Positions 1 through 12,978 of a stretch of 64,000 nucleotides of DNA are shown piece by piece. This DNA comes from Eledone cirrhosa (Eukaryota). A program made the translations under genes and the position numbers. The DNA is taken from NCBI GenBank assembly GCA_964016885.1, contig OZ024741.1, forward strand, positions 333,188,001 to 333,252,000, read 5' to 3'. Numbering within the stretch: position 1 is the first letter of the stretch; each line of letters begins with the position of its first letter. The notes below the pieces were generated by a model, which saw only the letters and a program-made list of their open reading frames with translations, was not told the DNA's origin and searched no databases.

Positions 1-98
1 TACATCCATGTAGGATAACCCCTACCGAAGCGCTGAACGAGTGTGACTTTTTAGTCCAGCCAGCGACTTGAAACCTCTGGTACAAACACTACACCTGT
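1..98 (-). mobile_element. Fragment of the 3' part of the RTE-derived element at 35488-36095 (C2H2-encoding end)
   Basis: Reverse complement closely matches ~35958-36053 (aagtgtagtgtttgtaccagag...ttcagcgc.tcggtagggg). Confidence 0.8.
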
Positions 99-631
99 AT
101 AGATATATAGATATATATAGATATAGATATATATATATATATAGATAGATATAGATATAGATATATAGATAGATAGATATAGATATAGATATATATATAT
201 ATATAGATAGATATAGATATAGATATATAGATAGATATAGATAGATATAGATATTGATAGATATAGATAGATATATATATTGATAGATATAGATAGATAT
301 ATATATTGATAGATATAGATATATATATATAGATAGATATATATATTGATAGATATAGATATAGATATATCTATATATATATATCTATATCTATCTATCT
401 AAGGCGGGTAAAATTTCCGAGATCCATGGACGACTTCTCTCCAGCGGCCTCAGTCCCTCATTATCGCTGCCATGTCCTGTATATAGATATATATAGATAT
501 AGATATATAGATATAGATATATAGATATAGATATATAGATATAGATATATATAGATATATATAGATATAGATATATAGATATATATAGATATAGATATAT
601 ATAGATATAGATATATATAGATATATATAGA

Positions 632-719
632 TATATTGTTATATTTGGGGAGGGTCATATTTGCGTAATATTGCCAGAATTAATAACAGAACACACTCAC
701 TGTTTGGTTGGTTTTCGCT

Positions 720-720
<1 letters not shown>
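632..720 (-). repeat. 3' fragment of hammerhead-bearing repeat family A
   Basis: Reverse complement matches ~36466-36558 (ccaaccaaacagtg...atgaccctccccaaatataacaatat). Confidence 0.7.
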
Positions 721-758
<38 letters not shown>

Positions 759-763
759 GAAAT

Positions 764-3700
764 ATGAATCTGCGAGCTACCAAGCACCCACGTGAAGCGC
801 CAACCCAGAGACCCTCCCCTACGAGTGTCGACAAATGCCCAAAACTCCGAGTTGGTACCATCAATGTAGGCTCAATGAAAGGAAGAGCAGGAGAAATCGT
901 AGAAATGCTAGAGCGAAAGGAAGTTGATGTATGCTGTGTGCAAGAGACTAGATGGAGAGGAGGGTCTGCTAGAGTCCTTGTAGGAAAAAGCCAGTGCTAC
1001 AAATTTTTCTGGGTGGGAAATGACGATGGGATGGGTGGTGTAGGTATACTATTAGCTGACAAGTGGGTAGATAAAGTAATCTCAGTGTACAGGGTAAATG
1101 CAAGAATCATTAAACTTAGACTAGTCCTGAATAAGACAATTACCACAATAATATCAGCTTACGCACCCCAATCGGGGCTGCCAGACGAACTTAAGGATAG
1201 GTTTTACGAGTCCCTAATACACACTACTGCTCTAACAGACGACAAGGACTTCCTAATCATTGCAGGAGATTTTAACGGACACGTAGGTAAACACTGCGAC
1301 GGCTTCAATAGAGTACATGGAGGCCATGGAGTTGGCACAAGGAATGAGGAAGGATTCAGACTTCTAGAATTCTGCGACGCCAATGACATGTCGATATGTA
1401 ACACAAACTTTAAAAAACCCGACAACCACCTGATCACCTATAGATCAGGGGAGCACTCTAGTCAGTTAGATTTTATCCTCATCAGAGGACGTGACAGATG
1501 GACGGTCGTAAACACAAAAGCCTTCCCTAGTGAGGAATGTACATCCCAACATAGCTTAGTTGTCAGCGACCTCACGGTCAGAACTAGACGAGCCCTGAAA
1601 CAGAGGCCAACCTGGAGAAGAAAGATCTGGAAGCTGAAAGTCCCCTCAACCAGTAACAGATTTAAAGATATTTTACTCAACGCCTACAACAGTAAAGAAG
1701 AACAGATAAAGACATTTAACGTAGAAGAGAACTGGGAGTTCCTAAAAAATAACTTACTAGAGGCGACGGATGAGGTTTGTGGCTGGAGTAAGACCTCAAG
1801 CAGGAGGAGAGTGACTTGGTGGTGGAACAATAAGGTAGATGAAGCAGTCAAGGCCAAGAGACAGGCATGGAAAGAATGGAAGAACGGGGGGAGCAGGGTA
1901 CATTACATAGAGACCAAGAGGGAAGCTAGGCGACAAGTATACTTAGCTAGGAGGGAAGCAGAGGATAGAAAATTCAAGCATGTTTTACAACGTGAGGACC
2001 AGAAACAGGAGGTATTCAAGATTGCAAGGCAGTGTGTCAGAGATAGTTGTGATGTCATTGGAGAGAAGTGTATCCGGAATGATAAAGGTGAGCTTGCCCT
2101 CACAAGTGCTGAGAAGAAAGATGCATGGAAGAGTCATTATGATAGATTACTAAATGAGGAGAATGCATGGGAAGAAGAGACCCTACCCCACGTAGACCCT
2201 ATAGAGGGACCAGCAGTACAAGTCAGCGGCAGCGTAGTAAGTAGGGCAATCAGAGATATGAAGATAGGGAAGGTAACCGGTCCATCGGGTATAGCTGCCG
2301 AGATGCTGAAGGCATCTGGGTCTGTAGGTCACACTATAACCACACGTATCGTTAACCAGGTAATACTAGAGGGGGCCATACCAAAAGATTGGTGCAGTAG
2401 CATCATTGTCAACTGCTACAAAGGTAAAGGCGATGCACTAGATAGAGGAAACTATAGAGGTATAAAGTTGATGGACCAGGTCATGAAAGTAACAGAAAGA
2501 GTTATAGCACAGCTGATTAGGGACCGGGTGAATATAGACGAGATGCAATTTGGGTTTGTACCAGGGAAAGGCACCACTGATGCCCTCTTCCTTGTGAGGC
2601 AATTACAGGAAAAGTACCTAGCTAAAAGTAAGCCACTCTACTTGGCATTTGTCGACCTTGAGAAAGCCTTTGACAGAGTTCCACGTGCAGTAATCTGGTG
2701 GGCTCTTAGAAAACTAGGAGTAGATGAATGGCTTGTGAAAGCGGTACAAGCCATGTATAGGGGAGCAGTCAGCAAAGTTAGGATTGGCAATGAGTATAGC
2801 GAGGAATTTAGCGTACAGGTTGGGGTCCACCAGGGCTCTGTTCTTAGCCCTCTCCTGTTCATCATAGTCCTGCAGGCAATAACGGAGGAGTTTAAGACCG
2901 GATGCCCATGGGAACTCCTGTATGCTGATGACCTCGCACTCATAGCTGAATCTATGGTAGAACTAGAGAATAAATTCCAAACCTGGAAGCAGGGACTAGA
3001 GAGAAAGGGCCTCAAAGTCAACATGACAAAGACTAAGGTCCTTGTAAGTAGACGAGAAAACAGAACCCAGATCCCCTCAGGGAAATGGCCTTGCTCAGTA
3101 TGTAGGAAAGGTGTAGGTAGAAACTCCATTCTCTGCCCCAAATGCAAACAATGGGTACACAAGAGATGTAGCGGGATCTCAGGAAGCTTAATTAAGAATG
3201 TAGGATTCACATGCAGCAGCTGTGCTGAAACAGCAAGCAAACAGCCACAGGAAACAAGTACCACCAATCTCTGGGAGGGCCCTGTAGAAACAGTAGACAG
3301 CTTCTGCTACCTAGGTGACCGAATTAGCAACGGAGGTGGGTGCTCAGAAAGTACAATAACTAGGGTAAGAACGGGATGGAAGAAGTTTAGGGAACTACTA
3401 CCACTGCTAGCTGCAAAAGGCTTCTCCCTCAGAATGAAAGGCAGACTGTATGATGCGTGTATCCGAACAGCGATGTTGCATGGTAGTGAGACCTGGGCGC
3501 TGAAGGTGGAAGACTTACGTAGATTAGAGAGAAACGAAGCCTGCATGCTCCGATGGATGTGTAACAGTAATATACGTGAACGACAAAGCATAAAGGAATT
3601 GAGAGAGAGACTGAGCATAAGAGGAATCAAATGCTGCGTGCAGGAGAGGCGGTTACGCTGGTATGGACATGTGATGCGTATGAAGGATGACAGCTGCATA

Positions 3701-3883
3701 AAAAGGTGCAGAGCACTAGAAGTTGATGGAAACCGCGGAGTGGGGAGACCCAAGATGACTTGGGATGAGGTGATAAAAGCCGACCTTACCCAACTACACC
3801 TCTCAAAGTCAATGACACACGACCGTGACTTCTGGCGTCACGCAGTAATACAGGGTACCCGACCTCCCATGGGTACATGCTGA
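764..3883 (+). CDS. RTE-clade LINE ORF: APE endonuclease, reverse transcriptase, inserted PHD-type finger
   Basis: Uninterrupted 1039 aa. APE motifs GTINV, CVQETRW, YAPQ, GDFNGHVG, LDFIL. RT motifs QFGF, FVDLEKAFD, VHQGSVLSP, YADD. CxxC-CxxC-HxxC-CxxC insert. RTE-type C-terminus RLRWYGHV...GRPKMTW. Confidence 0.95.
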   Translation: MNLRATKHPREAPTQRPSPTSVDKCPKLRVGTINVGSMKGRAGEIVEMLERKEVDVCCVQETRWRGGSARVLVGKSQCYKFFWVGNDDGMGGVGILLADKWVDKVISVYRVNARIIKLRLVLNKTITTIISAYAPQSGLPDELKDRFYESLIHTTALTDDKDFLIIAGDFNGHVGKHCDGFNRVHGGHGVGTRNEEGFRLLEFCDANDMSICNTNFKKPDNHLITYRSGEHSSQLDFILIRGRDRWTVVNTKAFPSEECTSQHSLVVSDLTVRTRRALKQRPTWRRKIWKLKVPSTSNRFKDILLNAYNSKEEQIKTFNVEENWEFLKNNLLEATDEVCGWSKTSSRRRVTWWWNNKVDEAVKAKRQAWKEWKNGGSRVHYIETKREARRQVYLARREAEDRKFKHVLQREDQKQEVFKIARQCVRDSCDVIGEKCIRNDKGELALTSAEKKDAWKSHYDRLLNEENAWEEETLPHVDPIEGPAVQVSGSVVSRAIRDMKIGKVTGPSGIAAEMLKASGSVGHTITTRIVNQVILEGAIPKDWCSSIIVNCYKGKGDALDRGNYRGIKLMDQVMKVTERVIAQLIRDRVNIDEMQFGFVPGKGTTDALFLVRQLQEKYLAKSKPLYLAFVDLEKAFDRVPRAVIWWALRKLGVDEWLVKAVQAMYRGAVSKVRIGNEYSEEFSVQVGVHQGSVLSPLLFIIVLQAITEEFKTGCPWELLYADDLALIAESMVELENKFQTWKQGLERKGLKVNMTKTKVLVSRRENRTQIPSGKWPCSVCRKGVGRNSILCPKCKQWVHKRCSGISGSLIKNVGFTCSSCAETASKQPQETSTTNLWEGPVETVDSFCYLGDRISNGGGCSESTITRVRTGWKKFRELLPLLAAKGFSLRMKGRLYDACIRTAMLHGSETWALKVEDLRRLERNEACMLRWMCNSNIRERQSIKELRERLSIRGIKCCVQERRLRWYGHVMRMKDDSCIKRCRALEVDGNRGVGRPKMTWDEVIKADLTQLHLSKSMTHDRDFWRHAVIQGTRPPMGTC

Positions 3884-4196
3884 AGCATATAAACAATATT
3901 CCCCCCCCCCCCCTCCACCGCAAGGTGGCCGTGGAGGTGCCACGGCAAAAAAGCACCCAGCCCACACTGTAAAGTGGACGTGTAGGCGCCACGAAAAAGC
4001 ACCCAGCACTCACTGTAAATGAGGTTGGTGTTAGGAAGGGCATCCAGCTGTAGAAATCAAGCCAGATCAGTTCCTGTATGAGCAAGGCATGGTCAGCCGA
4101 CCAGACACTGCCCACAACAGGACAACCCGTCTAACCCATGCTAGCGTGGAAGAACGGACGTAAAACGGTGATGATGATGATGATGATGATGATGAT
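764..4196 (+). mobile_element. RTE LINE family 1, near full length, 5' UTR apparently absent
   Basis: ORF followed by a 3' UTR with an internal ~40-bp duplication and a (GAT)n tail ending ~4196; (TA)n on both flanks. Confidence 0.9.
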
Positions 4197-4784
4197 ATAT
4201 ATCTATATCTATATATATATATATATCTATATAGATATAGATATATATATATATATAGATATCTATATATATATATAGATATATATAGCATAATTAACCA
4301 TATAAAAAATCGATTAGACCAAGCTATAAGAATAAAGGCATCTATGAAGAAATCTCCGACAAATAACCGAAAGCAGCCCTTCGCGCCGGCTGCGACGGAA
4401 TATTTATTGAATATTTCGACAGCGTGTATGAATCGCCCAGATATACAGTCAATTAAATAGAATTAGGTGTAAAATAAACTAGGAGAAAAGTGAACATATT
4501 TAGTTACATCGTCCATGGTTTTGTCTGCATTTTAAGATATCTGATAACATCGGACATCTAGAGCACCGGACTCTTCAGGAAGTTAGCTCAAATTTAGACA
4601 ATAAATTTTCCAAAGTGATCGCGCCAAGAATACATTAAAAAATGGCTAAGAATCGTGACGTAGCAGCGGTCAGGTTAGAAGGAATGTGGTTAGTTGCTTA
4701 CGGCTGGTGGCTTTTTGCTAGAAAGCGCAGCACAATACAGCCAAAGTTGTATCTCAACCTAACGGGAGATTATTACATATAAAG

Positions 4785-4834
<50 letters not shown>

Positions 4835-5197
4835 TTTGCAACGGGTCACTTTGTGGCTAAATGAAAAGTTAATAAATTAAATAATCAGAGCTATATATCA
4901 TAAAACATGTCTATAGAATCACCAGATAAAATATATACCATTTCCTCTCCCAATTAGCAAAATTAACCATATAAAAAATCGAATAGACCAAGCTATAAGA
5001 ATATGTAATAATCTCCCGTAAGGTTAAGATAAAATTTCTGCTGTATAACCTCCTCCTTTGCTTACGCCTGAGCCAGTTCACAACTGTAAAGAAACTCTTC
5101 CAGCTATCTGAAAAGCGCGTCAAAGCTGGCTGCCAAATAAATTTCCTGTCAGCATGACTTGGCAAGCTATTTAGAACACTGGTTTAACCACTTTACT

Positions 5198-5241
5198 TCC
5201 CTCCGAAGAAGAGATATTATCTCGAAAACGAAAATTAAGGA
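5198..5241 (+). ncRNA. Degenerate type I hammerhead-like motif (group E)
   Basis: ccct-CCGAAGA-a-gagat(att)atctc-GAAA-acgaaaat-TA-agg; U4C change and imperfect stems. Confidence 0.4.
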
Positions 5242-5377
5242 CATTTAAATAAATCTAAGGTAAAAGACTAATTGTCAACAATATCTTTTGCATTTGCATT
5301 CTTTATTCTATGTCCATACCTGCATTGTTTTGGCTTTATTATACATATACAAGCGTTTATATAAATATATATATAGG

Positions 5378-5409
<32 letters not shown>

Positions 5410-5737
5410 AATATATATATAACTGCTTTTACAGTTATAGTTTGCCTGTCTATCTACCACTCTACCTACCCACCTTTCTATCTATCTATTTATCTATATA
5501 CATTCCATTTATCTGACTTGGAAAGGAGATGGGCTCCACAGGTTTAATAGAAATTGCCCTAGAAATGCTGCTTGTTAATATGGTGCCCCTGTGTCCCCTC
5601 CAAGAGTTACGGGCAATGCATGCATATCATTTATCTACCTATCTATCTATATACCTGCCTATCTCATTATTTATCTATATACCTGCCTATCTATCTATCT
5701 ATCTCTATCTCTCTCTATGTATATATATATATAATGC

Positions 5738-6735
5738 TCTAAATAGAGTGAATGACAATCATTAAAATTAGACTAGTACTAAACAGAACAACCTTGTCAA
5801 TTATATCTGTTTATCCATTCCAATCTGGTTTGCCGGATGTACTAAAAGACAGGTCATATGACTCCCTAATGCTCACTACTTCTCAAATAAGTGAATTTTT
5901 AAATCTTATCATCATTGCAAGCGACTTTAATGGGCATGTTGGGAAACACTGTAATAGCTTTGATGGGATCGACAGGCATTATGGGTTTGGTGCTAGAAAT
6001 GAGGTAGGTTTCAGTCTCCTGAAATTCTGTGATGCCAATGATCTATCTATCTGTAACACAAACTTAAAAAATGAGAAATCACTTGATCATCTATAGATCA
6101 GGGAGCCTACCAGCCATATATTTTATCTTTACAAGAAGTCGACACAGTGACAATTGAAAATACAAAGTCCCTTCCAGGTGAAGTATGCAACTCCCAACAT
6201 AACCTAATAGTTAGCGACCTTATAATTAGAGCTAGACAAACTTGACAGCAGAGAACAACCTAGAGCAGAAGAACGACCCCCACAGCCATTAACAAATTTA
6301 GAGGTATGTTGATGATGCTTTTGACTGTAAGGAAGAACAAATAGAGACATACAATATAGAGGAGCAGTGGGATTTCATGAAAGATAACTTACTGAAGGGG
6401 GCAAATGAAATGTGGTTGGAGCAGATCTCTAGGGAGAAGGAGAGTGATTTGGTAGAGAAACAGTATAGTGGAGGAAACAATTAGGGCCAAAAGCCAGGCA
6501 TGGAAAGAATGAAAGAATGGCGGAATGGAGGATGTAGAGAACACTACCAGCAGGCTATGAGAGAAGCTAGATGACAAGTATACTCTGCAAGAAGGGAAGC
6601 AGCAAATAAAAATTCTAAGCATTTTCTGCAGCATGAAGACCAAAGGCAGGAGGTTTTCAGGATTGCTAGGCAGTGTGTCAGGGAAAATTATGATACCATT
6701 AGGGAGAAGTGTGTCCATGATGATAATGGACATTA
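5738..6735 (+). pseudogene. Decayed RTE LINE fragment (APE domain and linker)
   Basis: ORF 5752-6096 IIKIRLVLNRTT...DFNGHVGKHC resembles the intact RTE ORFs; frameshifts and stops downstream. Confidence 0.85.
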
Positions 6736-6927
6736 AATGATTATGATGATGTGGCTATCACATCCTCTATCTCTACCTATATATCGATCTCTGTCATTAC
6801 CTACTAATATCTCTCTCTCACTCTGTATATATATATATCTGTGTGTGTGTCTGTCTATCACATCCTGTAATCACTATCTATATATATCAGTCACTATCAT
6901 TACCTTCTAATCTCTCTCTCTGTATAT

Positions 6928-7840
6928 CATCATCATCATCATCATCTTCGTTTAACGTCCATCTTCCACGCTAGCATGGGTTAGACGGGAGTTGTCCCAC
7001 TTGAGGCAAGGTTGGTCGGGTGAGTGTCTCACTCATATAGGACTATCTGGCAGGTTTTCTCCGGCTGGATGCCCTTCCTAACACTAACCACATTTACAGT
7101 GTGGAACTGGGAACTTTTTACCGTGTTACCTACACGACCACATTACAGCGTGGACTGTGTGTTTTTTTGTTGTGACACCTACACGATCTCGATCTCATTA
7201 TCTCATTTATTTGGACTGGATGTTGTGGTACCAACTTTACAGAGAGAGGGTGGTGTTAGTGGGAGGATAGGGTAGGGGTAGTAGATTGGGGTGTATATTT
7301 GGTTAAGAGGTGCCTACTGACTGCAGGTTTCACTTTGTACTTAGGCAAAGCAGGTCTTCTGTATTACTGTGTAGCGCCAAAGATCTCGGTCCAGTGACAT
7401 TGTCTTGGGGAGTTGTAAGTGTGTAAGGTCAGAATTTATCAAATCGTCCCAGGTATTTCTGGGTCTACCTACTCCATAACTACCATCAATTTTGATTGCC
7501 CTGCACTTTTTTATACAGCTGTCGTCTTTCATGCACATCACGTGACCATACCAACGTAGTCTTCTCTCAAGTAAACAGCATCTGATACCTCTTATTCCTA
7601 ATTTCTCACTTAGTTCATTTATGCTTTGCCGTTCACGTATATTACTATTACACATCCAACGGAGCATGCAAGCTTCATTCCTCTCCAGTCTGCGTAGATC
7701 CTCTGCACACAATGCCCATGTCTCACTGCCATGTAGCATTGCTGTTCGTATGCAGGCATCATAGAGTCTGCCTTTCATTTTTAGAGAGAAACCTTTTGTG
7801 GCCAACAGCGGTATAAACTCTCTGAACATTTTCCATCCCG
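6928..7840 (-). mobile_element. 5'-truncated RTE LINE family 2
   Basis: ORF 7341-7829 is nearly identical to the C-terminus of 55697-58867; (CAT)n tail at 6928; 5' end abuts (TA)n. Confidence 0.9.
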
Positions 7841-10800
7841 TATATATATATATATATATACACGTGTGTGTCTGTCTATTACATCCTCTATCTCTACCTA
7901 TATATCGGTCACTATCATTACCTACTCATCTATCTATCTATATATCTATATGTATCCCTATCTATCTACATAGTTAAGTATTAAAACCTCAATATCTGTT
8001 ATATTACTTTGTTATATTGCTTTTATTATTATTATTATTTGGTTTATATAATTTTCCCCACATTCCTATAAACCACATAACTAACTTGTACTAGATTAAT
8101 TTCACCCTACACGTGTGTATATATATATATATATATAGTGAAAAATGGAACGGGAACAAATCAGAGAGGCAGTACGAACAAAGGTTTATTAGTTTCACGC
8201 TCTTGAGAGTGGGGTGGTAGTGGGGAACATATGTATATATATATGCACACAAACACACACGCACACAAACACACACGCACACATATACATACATACACAT
8301 GTCTCTGTATGTATATGAATATATATATATATATATATGCACATACACACACACATATATAATATATACACACACCTACACACACACATATGTGTAAGTG
8401 TGTATGTAAACATGATGAAGAGAAATCATTAACTTTTAGCATGCTTAGTCATTTTCGACAGAGTTTTTCATTCATAACAGACTGTGTTCTGTTGGCCTTC
8501 CTTTATATTAGATGCTTAATTAAACATCAAAGACGCCGGATATAATTATTGGTGTGAAACTTCGGAGTCACATCTATCAGTTATTAAGGATCTATCTTAT
8601 TATTATTGTTATTGTTATCATTATTGGCTTGAAACTTCGAGTGACATCCATCAGTTATTTACCATATATCTCATTATTGTCATTGTTATTATTACTTTTT
8701 ATTATCATTATTATTATTATTATTATTTTTATTATCAATATTATTATTACTATCCTCCTTCATGTTTCGGCCCTTGTGGCCAATAAAAAAATAATTATTA
8801 TTTTTATTATTGTTTTTATTGGTATGAATCTTTGAGTGCCATCTATAGATTATTAATGATATATTTTATTATTCTTATTATTATTATCAATATTATTGTT
8901 ATTATCATTAATATTGTCATTATTGTTATTATTTCTTTTAATTATGTAAGTAGTTTAGTTGGCAAACTGTTATTTGATGTATGATATATATACATATATA
9001 AATGTATGATATATATATACATATATAAACGTACAAATATATGTGTGTGTGTGTATGTATATGTATATAAATATATATACATACAAATATGAGTATGTAT
9101 GTTTATATATATATATATAAACATACAATATATATGTGTATGTATATGTGTGATTGTGTGTACAAATATGTGTATGTATGTGTGTGTGTGTGTGTGTATA
9201 TATATACATACAAATATATGTGTATGTATGTATATATGAGATATATTTGTAATCTATTTCATATGTTGATAGGTTGCTGACTGCTCATTTCCATCACATG
9301 GTCACATGATTTATTCATCTCTACAGATTTCTGATATTGTTAGAATATCCTATATTAGTTACTACACAAGTAGTGACTCTTTTCGTTTTGCTTTGTTTTT
9401 TGTTTTATTCTATTTTTTTCCCCGCCCACCCCACCCCTTGTTCATGACTTTTGTCAAGAACTAAGGAACAGGAACTCTCATGACACATTTCAGGGCTTTC
9501 CTCTCTCTCTCAGCATCATCTTTTTCTCTAAATCTTTTGTTCTCTCTCTCTCTATCTTTTGTTATTTCTCTCTCACTCCATCTCCATCTTGCTCTTTTTT
9601 TCTCTTTCTCCATCTTTCCCACTTTCTCTTTCTATCTTGCTCCATCTCTCTCTCTCTTTCTCTCTCATTGGTGATTTGATTATCATCATCAATGGTTAAT
9701 GAGGTTGTATCAATTTGAAATACAGAAGATCTCTTCCACCTCCTCCTCTTCCTCTGGTTTACTCAGATACAGCACCAAACAGATAAAACAAATCATAAGA
9801 CAGCAAAAGTTGGCAGCATTCACAACATTTTTCAGAGCCTGTGTATGAGGGATGGGGGAATATATGAGGTGGGTTCAGTCAGTACATCAGCCCCTACACC
9901 TTATCTACTACTCCTACAAAAAGACACAATGAAGAGCCAATTAATGATCTGATGCTCCCCACCTAAAATAAAATAAAAAAACCTCAACAACACCTCTCAG
10001 TCCCTTTGAAATTTGAAAAGCCCCCACAAAAAATAAAATAAAAGAAAAGTTCTCTTGGATTGCTTACCTATGTGCATGGAAGAACAAAGGGGGGATTTTA
10101 TTTTCACCAGATTGGAGATGAGTTTTGACATTCTTTTAAAGAGAGAGAGTGGCCTCTGATTCTGTGAAGCAAAACCAATCCATTTAACTCTTGTTTTAAA
10201 TACCAGCTTATCAATGAGAAAATTAGTTATGTTACTAATTCCTTCCAAATTCTTGATTATTTTCAAAAATTATTTTTTAAATATAGATGTCTTTCATTTG
10301 AAGTATGGTATCAAATATGTTCATAGTAAGAATGTTAGTTATATCAAAAAATTCCTCCAAATTCCTGATTATTTTCAAAAGTTTGAAAATCATATGCAGT
10401 GTCTTTCATTGGAAATATGGTAATGAAGAGGTTAACATATAGATTGTATGTTGTTATATAAATAATACAGGTTTCTGATAGAGTGGATCTATACACATTT
10501 CTGCAGCTTGCATAGGGATACATACACAAATACACACTTATGCACACATACAAACATACAAGCATATACCCACTCTTATATACACAAATAGACATATATA
10601 CACATTTACTAAATATACATACACTGCTACACAATCACAGATATATATATACACACACACACATAAATACACATTTATGCATGCAAACATAAACACACAC
10701 ACATACAAACACACTACAGAATGTGTAGTAGATTTTTGAGACTTACTTTAGGAAAAAAAAGTAGCGTCTTCGGGGCCGGAAAATACGGTACTTATACTGT

Positions 10801-11029
10801 TACACACAATCACACACACATATGCACAAGCAAACACACACATTCTAACACACACATTCACTAAACATGCATACAGATGTGGCCATCTTACATGTCTGGC
10901 TGTATAATATGACAACTCAACTCATGCCAGCATGGAAAATAAACATTAAACAATGAGGAAGATAATGTATATTCACAAATGTAGGCAAGTTTATATATCA
11001 TTAAGTATATAAAATAAAACCTTTTGATA

Positions 11030-11190
11030 AGGTGGTAAATTGGCAGAGTTGTTAGAACGTTGGATACAATGCTTTATGGTATTAGACCCAGCTCTCTGCT
11101 CTTGGAGTTCAAATCCTGCTGAGGTCAACTTTGCCTTTCAACCTTTCGAGGTCGATTAAAAAAGTACCAGTTTAGTACTGGGTGTCAATT
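11030..11190 (+). mobile_element. tRNA-derived SINE type 1
   Basis: A-box-like tggcagagttg, B-box gagttcaaatcc, core gcctttca.cctttcg.ggtcgat..aa...agtaccag shared with many copies in the window. Confidence 0.75.
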
Positions 11191-12792
11191 CTTCCGCTAT
11201 ATCTCTTTCTCATTTCTTCTCTCTCATTTTATATCTTTCTATAGAAGGAATCTACTGTACTCAGGTTTGGAGAAGGACAGGCTCCGCAAGGCTTAAAATG
11301 TAAACAAAAAATGCAATGTGAATAAGGCGCTCATACGATTCTATCAGGAGTTACGGAATCATACATATACATATAAAATGACATATTTCATTTTGTAGGA
11401 ACATATTATTTAGAATTTGATAATTTTGTGTTTACTCCCTTCCCTCACTCTTGTATAAATACAACAAACACATATAATACTTGTAACAACTTAAGCTTCA
11501 TTAAGAATCTTGTCTTAATATGTGGCATATATTTCTTAAATTTGACAGCAATATAATATATTGTATTATATTATAATATTCCTGTCACCTACTTAACTAT
11601 TAACATCCAGTACTCTATGAAAACACACTAGTAAGTTATTTTGGAAGAGTACAAATCACCATTATGACTGCATTACATTAAAAATTAAAGTCTTTACTCT
11701 AATACTATAAATTTTAATAAAGATATGTACAATAGTAAAAATTAAAGTTTTTACTCTAATACTGTAAACATTTATAACAGTTGTAAAATTTAAAAATTAA
11801 AGCCTTTACCATAATGCAAATTTTTATAATAATCTGTCCAGTAGTAAAAATGCTATAAACATTTCAATTAACAAATGCATTTTTAGATATTTTCTGTTAA
11901 ATTATTACAGGATTTTAAATGTTATAAAATAAGTTATTGTTTTTCCAATGAATTTACAAACATTCTTAATAAATATTCTGAGTGTTTATTGCTTCAATTA
12001 GTGAAACAGTGCCATAAAAAATGATAAAAGTGTTTAATTTTTGAGTTCATAATTTGTATGCCATGAATACCAAGATTGCTGGATGTATGAACAATATAGA
12101 AACTGGTAAATTTGCGTTTTGTTAAATTAATGGTTTGCATATGAGAAATCCTAAAGTTTGCAATGAATACTGACATATGAAAGTGGCTAAAGATAAGAAT
12201 ATTTTAATAAAATATTTCTAGGATATAGTTACATAAATATTCAGGATATATGTACAAATTACATATACGATTAAATATTTGAGTAACTTTGGAGAAATAA
12301 CTATTTACAAAGACAAAAGCAGGGTTAGAAACCAGGACTTTGTGATTGGAAAGTGAAATTTTGCAAGGAGGTAAAAAACCCTTTTGGGGCCGAAAGCAAG
12401 CAAAGATTTTTCTCAAAATGGATGTTGCATGGTTGCTGTGGTGCCTTCTTAGCTCTTGGGAACCAGAACAATGTACCGGCTGGACCCCCCACTCGTAGGC
12501 CCTGATTGTAGCAAGATAAATGATATAATATTTGTACTGTGTTGGGTATGTTTGTACAAGTAAATTTTAAATAACTACAGATGGATATATGTGTATGTAT
12601 GTGAAATAACTTGATAAGTCAGACATATATTACTTGGTGTCTTTATTAATATCCAACATGGTTCCCAAACTCTGGCCTTTTATAGTAAAATAAGGAGTCC
12701 TGTTAAGGGGAAGCAAGTAAAATGTTCTGTGATTGGTCGATTTTACTGGCCGATAATATTACATCATTATTTTGTTTATGTACAGTGGATTA

Positions 12793-12978
12793 AGGGCAGT
12801 GGATTGGCAGTATTGGTAGAGGGTCGGACGCCATGCTTTGACGCATAGATTTACGGCCCTTGCCATTCTGAGTTCAAATCCCGCCGAGGTTAACTTTGCC
12901 TTTCATCCTTACGGGGTCGATAAAATAAAGTACCAGTAATACAGTAATTGCTGGCCTTGTGCCAAAAGTAGAAACAAT
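12793..12978 (+). mobile_element. tRNA-derived SINE type 1 nested in the Gypsy element
   Basis: High similarity to copies at 32803 and 33965; flanked by the direct repeat attattttgtttatgtac (~12766 and ~12978). Confidence 0.8.

Noticed and set aside
2638-3753. Antisense ORFs over the RTE and Tx1 coding regions
   Set aside because: Shadow frames of the real retroelement ORFs.
4501-4590. Minus-strand CTGAAGA-gtcc...ggac hammerhead-like start
   Set aside because: Followed by GATG rather than GAAA, with no stem I or III partner.
9767-9952. Possible exon or terminal ORF after a pyrimidine tract
   Set aside because: No recognisable motif or convincing gene structure; cannot be supported from sequence alone.
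11030-11120. tRNA gene calls for A-box/B-box sequences
   Set aside because: No full cloverleaf; these are SINE heads.
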